Below are positions 41,639 through 49,349 of a stretch of 64,000 nucleotides of DNA, piece after piece. The position numbers and the translations under genes are program-made. The stretch's first letter is position 1; every line of letters begins with the position of its first letter. Source of the stretch: an uncultured Gemmatimonadales bacterium (GTDB lineage Bacteria > Gemmatimonadota > Gemmatimonadetes > Longimicrobiales > Longimicrobiaceae); contig CAWBZF010000003.1 in the NCBI GenBank assembly GCA_963793235.1, positions 275,493 to 339,492 of the forward strand, written 5' to 3'. The notes below the pieces were generated by a model that saw only the letters and a list, made by a program, of their open reading frames with translations, ran no database searches and was not told where the DNA came from.

Positions 41639-43198
41639 ATGCAGATGAGACGCCTGTGCACCCTGCTCCTGCTGGTGCTCGCCGGCGGTGCATGCGCGCC
41701 CGCGACCGCGCCGCCGGAGTCGCCGGGAGCTGCCGGAGCGGCGGGCTGGACCCTTCCGCAGCTGCCGCCGGCGGCGCCGATCGGCGCGCAGGAGTACGCA
41801 ACGCGTCGGGCTGCGCTCGCCGCCCAGATGCAGGACGGTGTGCTCCTGGTGGTGGGCGCACCCGAGGGTGAGCACGATTATCTGCCTTTCGCGCAGTGGC
41901 CGAACTTCCGTTACCTGACGGGGGTGGTGGAGCCAGGGGCCGCGCTGGTGGTGGCAAAGCGTGGCGGGTCTGTTCGTGAGCACCTCTTCGTGCTGCCGCG
42001 GAGCCCCGAGCGCGAGGTCTGGGAAGGCGCACGGCTGGGACCGGAGGGCGCGCGGGCGCTTACAGGGATCGAGGCGCGCGAGATCGGCACCATGCCAGCC
42101 ATGCTGGACTCGCTGCTCCGCGTCACACCCAGACTCTACACCATGGCGGAGCCCGCCGGATCGCCCGCGCTCCTCTCCGAGCTCGCCCTGGAACAGCAGG
42201 TCGTGGAACGTCTGGACACGCGGCACGCCGGACTGACGGTGGTGCCCTTCGCGGCACAGGTCGCGGCGCTCCGGGCGGTGAAGAGCGGGACCGAGCTGGA
42301 CCTGATCCGCCGCGCCATCCACATCTCCGTACTCGCACACCGGGCGGCCATGCGCTCGGTAGAGCCGGGGATGAACGAATTCGAGATCCAGGCGCTGGTG
42401 GAGTATTACTTCCGCCGCCACGGCGCGGAACGCGCGGCGTATTCCAGCATCGTCGGCTCAGGGCCCAACTCCACCACGCTCCACTACCGCGCGGCAGATC
42501 GCTTCATGCAGGACAACGAGGTGCTGCTGATCGACGTGGGAGCGTCGTACCGGGGGTACGCGGCGGACATCACGCGAACCATGCCGGTGAACGGCCGCTT
42601 CAGCACGGAGCAGCGGGCGATCTACGAGATCGTGCTCCGCGCGCAGAAGGCCGCGGAGTCGCTGGTTCACCCGGGCGCCACCTGGGAGCAGCTGAACCGC
42701 GCCGCGGATACGGAGATCGCGACGGGGCTGGCCGCGCTGGGCCTGATCGACTCGCCGACTGCGACCTACCGCTGCGACAGCCAGCGATTCGGCAACGTCT
42801 GCCCGCAGTTCCGGCTGTTCTACATGCACGGCCTCGGGCACGGCATCGGTCTGGACGTTCACGATCCGGAGATCTCGTACACCGCGGGATTCCAGGCGGG
42901 GAGTGCGTTCACGATCGAGCCGGGGGTGTACATCCGCGCGGACGCTCTCGATTTCCTGCCGGACACCCCGGAGAACCGGCAGATGGCCGATCGGCTCCGG
43001 CCGGCAGTGCAGAGATACCGGAACATCGGGGTGCGCATCGAGGACGACTACATCGTCACGACGTCGGGAGTGGAGCGAGTGTCGGCAGGCGTGCCGCGCG
43101 AGATCGCCGAGGTGGAGGCGCTGATGACACGGCCGCGGCTGGACGTCGAGCGCCGCCCGGAGATCGTGGAGTGGTACCGCGCCACCACCCCTCGTTGA
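41639..43198 (+). CDS. pepP: Xaa-Pro aminopeptidase (M24B, aminopeptidase P), secreted/lipoprotein
   Basis: M24 metal-ligand motifs (...HGLGHGIGLDVHD..., EPGVY, RIEDD) and a signal peptide LAGGACA. An AGGAG SD is present. Confidence 0.85.
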   Translation: MQMRRLCTLLLLVLAGGACAPATAPPESPGAAGAAGWTLPQLPPAAPIGAQEYATRRAALAAQMQDGVLLVVGAPEGEHDYLPFAQWPNFRYLTGVVEPGAALVVAKRGGSVREHLFVLPRSPEREVWEGARLGPEGARALTGIEAREIGTMPAMLDSLLRVTPRLYTMAEPAGSPALLSELALEQQVVERLDTRHAGLTVVPFAAQVAALRAVKSGTELDLIRRAIHISVLAHRAAMRSVEPGMNEFEIQALVEYYFRRHGAERAAYSSIVGSGPNSTTLHYRAADRFMQDNEVLLIDVGASYRGYAADITRTMPVNGRFSTEQRAIYEIVLRAQKAAESLVHPGATWEQLNRAADTEIATGLAALGLIDSPTATYRCDSQRFGNVCPQFRLFYMHGLGHGIGLDVHDPEISYTAGFQAGSAFTIEPGVYIRADALDFLPDTPENRQMADRLRPAVQRYRNIGVRIEDDYIVTTSGVERVSAGVPREIAEVEALMTRPRLDVERRPEIVEWYRATTPR

Positions 43199-43199
43199 C

Positions 43200-43433
43200 A
43201 TGAGCACACCGGCTACGAGAGGACCGGAGCAGGCGGGGAGCAGCTGCGGAGTGAATGGCTGCCTGTACGGCGCCGTCGGACTGTTCGCGCTCCTGCTGAT
43301 CGGGATGCTGGTGCTGGCGGTGGTCCGCTTCAGCAACCCGCCGGAGCCGCGGCTCGGCCCGCAGTCACCGGCGCCGGTGGGGATCTTCGCGCCGGAAGGC
43401 GCACCGAGCGACGTGCCCGGGAACGTCGGCTGA
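43200..43433 (+). CDS. Small membrane protein (77 aa)
   Basis: One TM helix. It starts 1 nt after the pepP stop, and its own stop overlaps the next start (ATGA). Confidence 0.4.
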   Translation: MSTPATRGPEQAGSSCGVNGCLYGAVGLFALLLIGMLVLAVVRFSNPPEPRLGPQSPAPVGIFAPEGAPSDVPGNVG

Positions 43434-44245
43434 TGGAGCGTCCCACCTGGTACGGAGGGATCGACTTCTCGGGTGCGCGTGAGCCGCTGTCCAACCTGTG
43501 GTCGGCGGTCGGCCGGGAGGTGGATGGCAAGCTCGAAATTCGGGCGCTACGCCCCCATGCCTTCCGCATGGACCTCTGCTCGCACGTGGCCGAGGGGTGG
43601 CGTGAGGCGGTGCAGGCAGAGGAAGATGACAGCGTCCTCTGGGGAGTGGACTTCCCCTTCGGGCTCCCCGCGGCGGCTGCGGCACACGTGTGTGGCAGTG
43701 TCGATGCGGCCTGGGACGACCTGCTGGCCTGGGTGGCCGACCGCCCTGCCGACGAGGTGCGAGACTCCGTTCCGGAGGCCGCCCGCACACCACGCCTGAC
43801 CGACACCGGCGGCGCACTCGCGCCGTTCGATCTCCGCCTGTACAAACAGACCGTGGAGGGGCTGCGGTGGCTCCATGAACTGCGGGAGCGGGCGGAGATC
43901 GCGGTTCACCCGCAGGACCCCCGCGACGATACAACGACCTCGCTGATCGAGGTGTATCCAGGCGGCGCGGCCCAGGAGCTCGGGCTCCCCCGTCGAAGGG
44001 CTCCCGGGCGACCGGGTGAGACGCGGGCGCGTGCGGCGGCGCTCCGCACCTTCGTGCGCTTTGCTGATCCCGGTCTGGAGGCGGTGGCGGTCACTCTGGA
44101 AGATGCCTGGGATGCCACGATCGCCTGCGTCTCAGCGTTCCTTGCACGGGACGACCTCCGCCAGCCGTTCCGCACCACCGGTCACCCCGAGCGAACCTTG
44201 CGGCTCGAGGGGTGGATCTACCGACCACCCGCCTCGCTTCCGTAG
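43433..44245 (+). CDS. Hypothetical RNase-H-like fold protein (DUF429-like)
   Basis: An N-terminal GIDFSGA acidic motif and a C-terminal DAWDATIAC helix are reminiscent of the RuvC/YqgF-type fold. Family assignment is tentative. Confidence 0.45.
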   Translation: MERPTWYGGIDFSGAREPLSNLWSAVGREVDGKLEIRALRPHAFRMDLCSHVAEGWREAVQAEEDDSVLWGVDFPFGLPAAAAAHVCGSVDAAWDDLLAWVADRPADEVRDSVPEAARTPRLTDTGGALAPFDLRLYKQTVEGLRWLHELRERAEIAVHPQDPRDDTTTSLIEVYPGGAAQELGLPRRRAPGRPGETRARAAALRTFVRFADPGLEAVAVTLEDAWDATIACVSAFLARDDLRQPFRTTGHPERTLRLEGWIYRPPASLP

Positions 44246-44263
44246 CCCGTTCAACGACCGCCG

Positions 44264-45628
44264 ATGGCACAACCGCCCTTCGGACAGCAGCTCCCCGCCA
44301 TCACCGCACCGCCCCCCGGGCCGCGCTCTGCCGCGCTGGCCGGGGAGCTCTCCCAGGTGGAGAGCCCCAACGTCACCTACCTGGCGCCGGACTTTCCCGT
44401 GTTCTGGGAGGCGGCGACCGGCTCCAACGTCCGTGATGTGGATGGAAACGTGTACGTGGACCTCACCGCGGCCTTCGCCGTGGCCGGCGCGGGCCACGCG
44501 CACCCGGCCATCGTCGCTGCGATCCGGGAGCAGGCGGGGCGGCTGATCCACGGAATGGGCGACGTGCATCCGCCGGCGGTGAAGGTCGAGCTGCTCCGTG
44601 CCCTGGCCGGGGTGGCGCCGGGCGGACTTCGACGCTCGATCCTCGCGAATTCCGGCGCGGAGGCCGTCGAAGCGGCGCTGAAGACGGTGGCGCTGGCGAC
44701 GGGACGGCCGCGGGTGCTCGCCTTCCACGGCGGTTACCACGGGCTCACGCTCGGAGCACTCTCCGTCTCCTCCCGGGAGGACTTTCGCTCCCCCTTCCGT
44801 GCGCAGCTGGCGGAGAACGCCGTCTTTGCCCCCTACCCGTACGCCTATCGGTCGCCCCACGGCGAGGACCCTGAGGGAGAACGTGCGCTGGCCTACGTGG
44901 AGCACCTGCTGGACACTCCCGGGACGGGCAGCGACGGAATCGGGGCGATCCTGGTGGAGCCGGTCCAGGGGCGGGGCGGAGACGTGGTGCCGCCGCCCGG
45001 ATTCCTGCCGGGGCTGCGTCGCGTCTGCACCGAGCGAAAGCTGCTCCTGGTGCTGGACGAGATCTACACCGGCTTCGGCCGCACCGGCCGGTGGTTCGCA
45101 TGCCAGCACTGGGACGTGGAGCCGGACCTGATGATCGTGGGGAAGGCGCTCACCGGCGGGCTACCGTTCGCCGCCTGCATCGGAACCGACGAGGTCATGG
45201 CGGCGTGGCCGCGCTCGAGTGGCGAGGCGATCCATACCTCCACCTTTCTGGGGAACCCGCTGGGGTGTGCCGCCGCCCTCGCGTCCATCCGGGTGCTGCG
45301 GGATGGGCGCCTGGTGGAGCGCTCCGCAGAGCTGGGTGCCAGGATCCTCGAGCGGCTGCGGGCGTCGCTCGGTGAGGTGCCATGCGTCGGCGAGGTGCGC
45401 GGCCTGGGGATGATGATCGGAGTGGAACTGGTGCGGGACCGGCAGAGCCGGGAGCCGGCGCCGGAGCTGGTCGGGCGGGTGGTGGTGGAGGCGTTGCGGA
45501 GAGGCGTCCTGGTGCTCGGCGGTGGGATTCACGGCAACGTGCTGTCGCTCTCGCCGCCGTTCACCATCACGGAGGAGCAGTGCTGGGCGGCGATCGGCAT
45601 GCTCGAGGAGATCATCAGGGAGGTGTGA
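44264..45628 (+). CDS. Class-III PLP-dependent aminotransferase
   Basis: Aminotran_3 motifs (LLVLDEIYTGFGRTG, MIVGKALTGG, SGAEAVEAALK). Confidence 0.85.
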   Translation: MAQPPFGQQLPAITAPPPGPRSAALAGELSQVESPNVTYLAPDFPVFWEAATGSNVRDVDGNVYVDLTAAFAVAGAGHAHPAIVAAIREQAGRLIHGMGDVHPPAVKVELLRALAGVAPGGLRRSILANSGAEAVEAALKTVALATGRPRVLAFHGGYHGLTLGALSVSSREDFRSPFRAQLAENAVFAPYPYAYRSPHGEDPEGERALAYVEHLLDTPGTGSDGIGAILVEPVQGRGGDVVPPPGFLPGLRRVCTERKLLLVLDEIYTGFGRTGRWFACQHWDVEPDLMIVGKALTGGLPFAACIGTDEVMAAWPRSSGEAIHTSTFLGNPLGCAAALASIRVLRDGRLVERSAELGARILERLRASLGEVPCVGEVRGLGMMIGVELVRDRQSREPAPELVGRVVVEALRRGVLVLGGGIHGNVLSLSPPFTITEEQCWAAIGMLEEIIREV

Positions 45629-45734
45629 GGAGCGAGCCGGAGGGGTGGTGCTCCGTCATCGCGTGTGCAGTCGAGGGATCCGCCTGGCTACCGGTCGCAT
45701 GCGCCCGGGCCTGCGTCGCGACTGGCTCCGGACG

Positions 45735-45921
45735 GCGCCCACGCGATTTCGGCGGCGGAGAGGTGGCGGGCTCCGGGGTGGCGCCCACGGCGATTTCGGC
45801 GGCGGAGAGGTGGCGGGCTCCGGGGTGGCGCCCACGGCGATGTCGGCGGCGGAGAGGTGGCGGGCTCCGGGGAGGCGCCCACGGCGATTTCGGCGGCGGA
45901 GAGGTGGCGGGCTCCGGGGAG
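45735..45921. repeat. Tandem array of a 47-bp unit (GCGCCCACGGCGATTTCGGCGGCGGAGAGGTGGCGGGCTCCGGGGTG, 4 copies)
   Basis: Copies start at 45735, 45781, 45828 and 45875. The period is not a multiple of 3, so the array is not frame-preserving. Confidence 0.8.
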
Positions 45922-45946
45922 GGATCCTTCGACTTCGCTCAGGATG

Positions 45947-46065
45947 ACCGGGAGCTGGCTCGGGATAACGGGGAGCTGGCTCGGGATGACGGGGAGCTGG
46001 CTCGGGATGACGGGGAGCTGGCTCGGGATGATGGGGAGCTGGCTCGGGATGATGGGGACGCCTGC
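45947..46065. repeat. Tandem array of a 21-bp unit (GGGGAGCTGGCTCGGGATGAC, 5-6 copies), preceded by a REP-like arm GGATCCTTCGACTTCGCTCAGGATGAC
   Basis: Read directly. All three forward frames are open across it, but there is no credible gene start. Confidence 0.8.
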
Positions 46066-46124
46066 GGGAAGGGGCGCGGAACCACCGGTTCCGCGCCCCT
46101 TCGATGCATCATCTGCCGTGGCGT

Positions 46125-46712
46125 TCAGGGCCGCGGCTGGGCTGCCCGCTGCTGCGACTGGATCGCGCCGGCCAGCTGCGTCTGAAGCTGGTTCATCCGC
46201 TGGATGAGACGTGCTGACTGCGGGTCGAGCTGCACCATCCTGGCCTCGACCTGCGTCTGGAACGCCTCCATCTGGCCGACCAGCTCCGGCTGACGCTGCA
46301 CCGCCTGCTGCTGCGCCGCGGCGAAGCGCTGCTGGATCGCCATGGCCTCCTGCTCCAGCTCACGGAAGCGGGCCTCGTTGTTGGCCTGGCGTGCCGCGGT
46401 CGCCTGCGCGTCGAGCTGCTGCAGGCGGGTCATTGCCTGCTCCAGCGTCGGGTCGGCGCGCAGCATTGCGGCCCGAACCACCTCGCCCAGCGAGTTGTGA
46501 GCGGCGGCAAGACCCGGATCCTGCATGGCGCGGGCGTGAATCTGCTGCAGCTGCCCGCTGATCTGCTGCATCTCCTGGAGCCATCCTTCCACCTGCTGCT
46601 GCGACGCCGCCGGTGCAGCAGCAGGCTGCTGCTGCTGTGCAGCGCCGGCAACGGGCGCCGCCGTGAGTGCGAACGCTGCCAGTGCTATGGTCCTGATACG
46701 ACGGATCGACAC
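46125..46712 (-). CDS. Secreted Gln/Ala-rich alpha-helical protein, possibly LTXXQ (CpxP/Spy-like) family
   Basis: Signal peptide (VSIRRIRTIALAAFALTAAPVAGAAQQ) and a GTG start preceded by AAGGAG. The helical Q-rich body includes a DPTLEQAM element. Confidence 0.5.
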   Translation of the reverse strand: MSIRRIRTIALAAFALTAAPVAGAAQQQQPAAAPAASQQQVEGWLQEMQQISGQLQQIHARAMQDPGLAAAHNSLGEVVRAAMLRADPTLEQAMTRLQQLDAQATAARQANNEARFRELEQEAMAIQQRFAAAQQQAVQRQPELVGQMEAFQTQVEARMVQLDPQSARLIQRMNQLQTQLAGAIQSQQRAAQPRP

Positions 46713-46852
46713 GTTGCTCCTTCCATGGTGATGAGCGGGGCGGCTGCTCCGGTGCGGCACTCCGGCGGCCCCCGGTTCTTAGGTGTACAGAGCGGAGCGC
46801 ACGAGGTTCCGCGCGCTCCGCCCGATCATTTGTGGCCGCAGGATTCTTCGAG

Positions 46853-49333
46853 CTATTCTCCAGGTTCGCTGGTGCCGGTTCGGCTGGTATCCCGCTGTAC
46901 CGGAGTCCCCAGGAGGCGCGGCTCCGGCTCTGAGGGGGGCTCTGCAGGCTCGGCCCGGAGGGGCGGAGGCGCCGTGGGAGCCCTGTCGCTCCCTCCCGGA
47001 GGTCTGGCCGGCTGCCCGGCGAGCGGCGGCTGCGTCGCTCCGACGGGCTGCGTGCGCCCCTCCATCGGAGAGCGCATGCCGGCCGTATCGATCCCCGCCC
47101 GCATCCGGCGCCGCAGCTCTTCGAGTTCCGGCCAGTCCACTCCGGGCGCCGTATCGGAACTCGCCTCGATGCCAGACAAGTCGCCCCACTCCTCGTCACC
47201 CCAGAGCGTGTCTCCGTACATTCCCGCATAGGAGGGCAGTGGCTGGCACATCTGACGCGGCGGCGCACTGCGGACGAAGTACTCCGTATAGGTCGGCCCA
47301 CGGGCCGGGCAGCTGGCGTCCACCACCGCGCCGGTCTCCCGCTCCACCTCGGCCGTGCTCACCCCGGGCGGCGGGCTCCAGGCGGAGGGCACTTCGCGCC
47401 CCTGATAGATGCGGTTCATCAGCCGGCCCCACACGGGTGCCGCGAGCGTACCGCCGGAGGCACCGGAAACGATGGTCGCCGGTCGGTCCATCCCGATCCA
47501 GACGCCGGCCACCAGGTCCGGCGTGTAGCCGACGAACCAGACGTCCGTGTTGCCGTTGGTGGTGCCCGTCTTGCCCGCGGCCGGGCCGCGGAAGCCGGCG
47601 GCGCGTACGGCCGTTCCGGTCCCACGGTCCACCACGTCGCGGAGCATGCTGGTGAGCACGAATGCAGCAGCCGGGTCGATGCCCTGTGACGTGCGTCGAG
47701 GCGCTTCCCAGACGGTCCGGCCGTGGCGATCCTCCACCCGCTGGATGAAGCGGGGCTCCACCGTCTGGCCGCCGTTGGCGAACGCGGCGTACGCCGTCAC
47801 CAGCTCGATGGGCCGCACCGCGGCGGAGCCCAGCGACGTGGAGGGTACGTCCGGGATCTCGGTGGTGATGCCGAGATTCCGCGCGAGCTCGATAGCGGAG
47901 CGGAGCCCCACCTCCTGTGCGAGCCGCACCGTCGCCGTGTTCTTGGAGCGGGCCAGCGCGTCACGCATGGTCATCGGGCCATCGTAGGTGCCGCCATAGT
48001 TGCGCGGCTCCCAGACCTGATTGCCGGAAAGCGTCAGCCGCAGCGGGGAATCCTCCACCACGTGCACCGGACTGCCGTACCGCTGCAGCGCCGCGAGGTA
48101 GACGAACGGCTTGAACGCGGAGCCCGGCTGGCGCAGCGCCTGAGTGGCGCGATCGAACTTGGAGTGATTGAAGTCACGCCCTCCGACCAGCGCGCGGATC
48201 TCACCGGTCTGCGCCTCCATCACGACGATCACACCCTGGAGGTACGGCGTCTCGCCGCTCTCCGCGGGCATCTCACGCGACGCGGAGTAGGTCGCGTGCC
48301 GGTACGCGCCGAAGCGGCCCGACTCGATGCCGTTCAGCTGGCGCTCCATCTCTTCCTCGGCGGCGATCTGCGCGTTCCGATCCAGTGTGGTGTGGATCCG
48401 GAGGCCCGCCGTGTAGAAGCGGCTTCCGACCGCCTCGTCCATCTCACGTCGGACCCGCTCGATGAAGTAGGAACCGGCCAGCTCGTCATCCGACGGGAGA
48501 CCGCGTGTGAGGGTGATCGGCTGGTCGCGCGCCTCGGCCGCCTCCGCCGCGGAGACCACACCGGTTTCAGCCATCTCGCGCAGCACGAGGTTACGCCGCT
48601 CCAGTGCGCGCTCCTCGCTGGCCACCGGGTTGATCTGCGAGGGTGCCTTCGGGAGCCCGCCGAGCAGCGCCGCTTCCGGTACCGTCATTTCGGCCGCGGA
48701 CTTGCCGAAGTAGGTGCGTGCCGCCGCCTCCACCCCGTATGCGCCCTCACCGAGGTAGATGTGGTTGAGGTACAGCTCGAGGATCTTCTCCTTGGAGAAG
48801 GTCCGCTCGATCTGGCGGGCGACCCGCGCCTCCATGATCTTGCGGCGCATGGTGCGGTCCTGGTACGGGAGCCACTCGGGGAAGAGGTTCCGCGCCAGCT
48901 GCATGCTGATGGTGCTGCCACCCTCGGACACACCACCCGCCTGGATGTTGCTGAGCATGGCCCCGAAAAGACGGCGGATGTCCAGCCCGCCATGCTGATA
49001 GAACCGCCGGTCCTCCACGGCCACGAAGGCACCGGTGACGTGCGGCGGGAGAGAATCCACGGAGATCAGCCGGCGGTTCACAGTGGCCAGCGTTCCGAAT
49101 GCCTCTCCATCGATGTCGAGAAGCTCCGAGCCTTCCGCCTGGTACTCGGCCAGGTCGGCGATCGGCGCGCACCCTCCGAGCTGGCAGGGGGCGAACCAGA
49201 TCCATCCGAAGAGGAGCAGACCCAGGAGGAGAACAGTGCCCCCCGCGATCACGAGTGCCCGGAGGATCCTCGCGCCGCGTCCGGCGCTGGGATCCCTGGG
49301 GTACGGCTGATTTGCGGAGTGGCGCTGCGTCAT
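46853..49333 (-). CDS. mrcA: Class A penicillin-binding protein (PBP1A: transglycosylase + transpeptidase)
   Basis: Glycosyltransferase-51 motifs (FVAVEDRRFYQHGG, GGSTISMQLARN) and transpeptidase SxxK/KTGT motifs (KTGTTNG), with an N-terminal TM. Confidence 0.9.
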   Translation of the reverse strand: MTQRHSANQPYPRDPSAGRGARILRALVIAGGTVLLLGLLLFGWIWFAPCQLGGCAPIADLAEYQAEGSELLDIDGEAFGTLATVNRRLISVDSLPPHVTGAFVAVEDRRFYQHGGLDIRRLFGAMLSNIQAGGVSEGGSTISMQLARNLFPEWLPYQDRTMRRKIMEARVARQIERTFSKEKILELYLNHIYLGEGAYGVEAAARTYFGKSAAEMTVPEAALLGGLPKAPSQINPVASEERALERRNLVLREMAETGVVSAAEAAEARDQPITLTRGLPSDDELAGSYFIERVRREMDEAVGSRFYTAGLRIHTTLDRNAQIAAEEEMERQLNGIESGRFGAYRHATYSASREMPAESGETPYLQGVIVVMEAQTGEIRALVGGRDFNHSKFDRATQALRQPGSAFKPFVYLAALQRYGSPVHVVEDSPLRLTLSGNQVWEPRNYGGTYDGPMTMRDALARSKNTATVRLAQEVGLRSAIELARNLGITTEIPDVPSTSLGSAAVRPIELVTAYAAFANGGQTVEPRFIQRVEDRHGRTVWEAPRRTSQGIDPAAAFVLTSMLRDVVDRGTGTAVRAAGFRGPAAGKTGTTNGNTDVWFVGYTPDLVAGVWIGMDRPATIVSGASGGTLAAPVWGRLMNRIYQGREVPSAWSPPPGVSTAEVERETGAVVDASCPARGPTYTEYFVRSAPPRQMCQPLPSYAGMYGDTLWGDEEWGDLSGIEASSDTAPGVDWPELEELRRRMRAGIDTAGMRSPMEGRTQPVGATQPPLAGQPARPPGGSDRAPTAPPPLRAEPAEPPSEPEPRLLGTPVQRDTSRTGTSEPGE

Positions 49334-49349
49334 CGTGCTCTCTTGTTCG

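Noticed and set aside
41268-42421. Minus-strand ORFs overlapping pepP
   Set aside because: They are antisense to a well-supported M24 peptidase gene.
45735-46065. A CRISPR array
   Set aside because: The repeats are directly adjacent with no unique spacers, and there are two different unit lengths (47 bp and 21 bp). No cas genes are nearby.
45382-46207. Three overlapping plus-strand ORFs across the tandem repeats, encoding GELARDD or TGSWLGM heptads
   Set aside because: All three frames are open only because of the repeat. There is no credible start after the aminotransferase stop, and the 47-bp period breaks the frame, so this is treated as a non-coding repeat.
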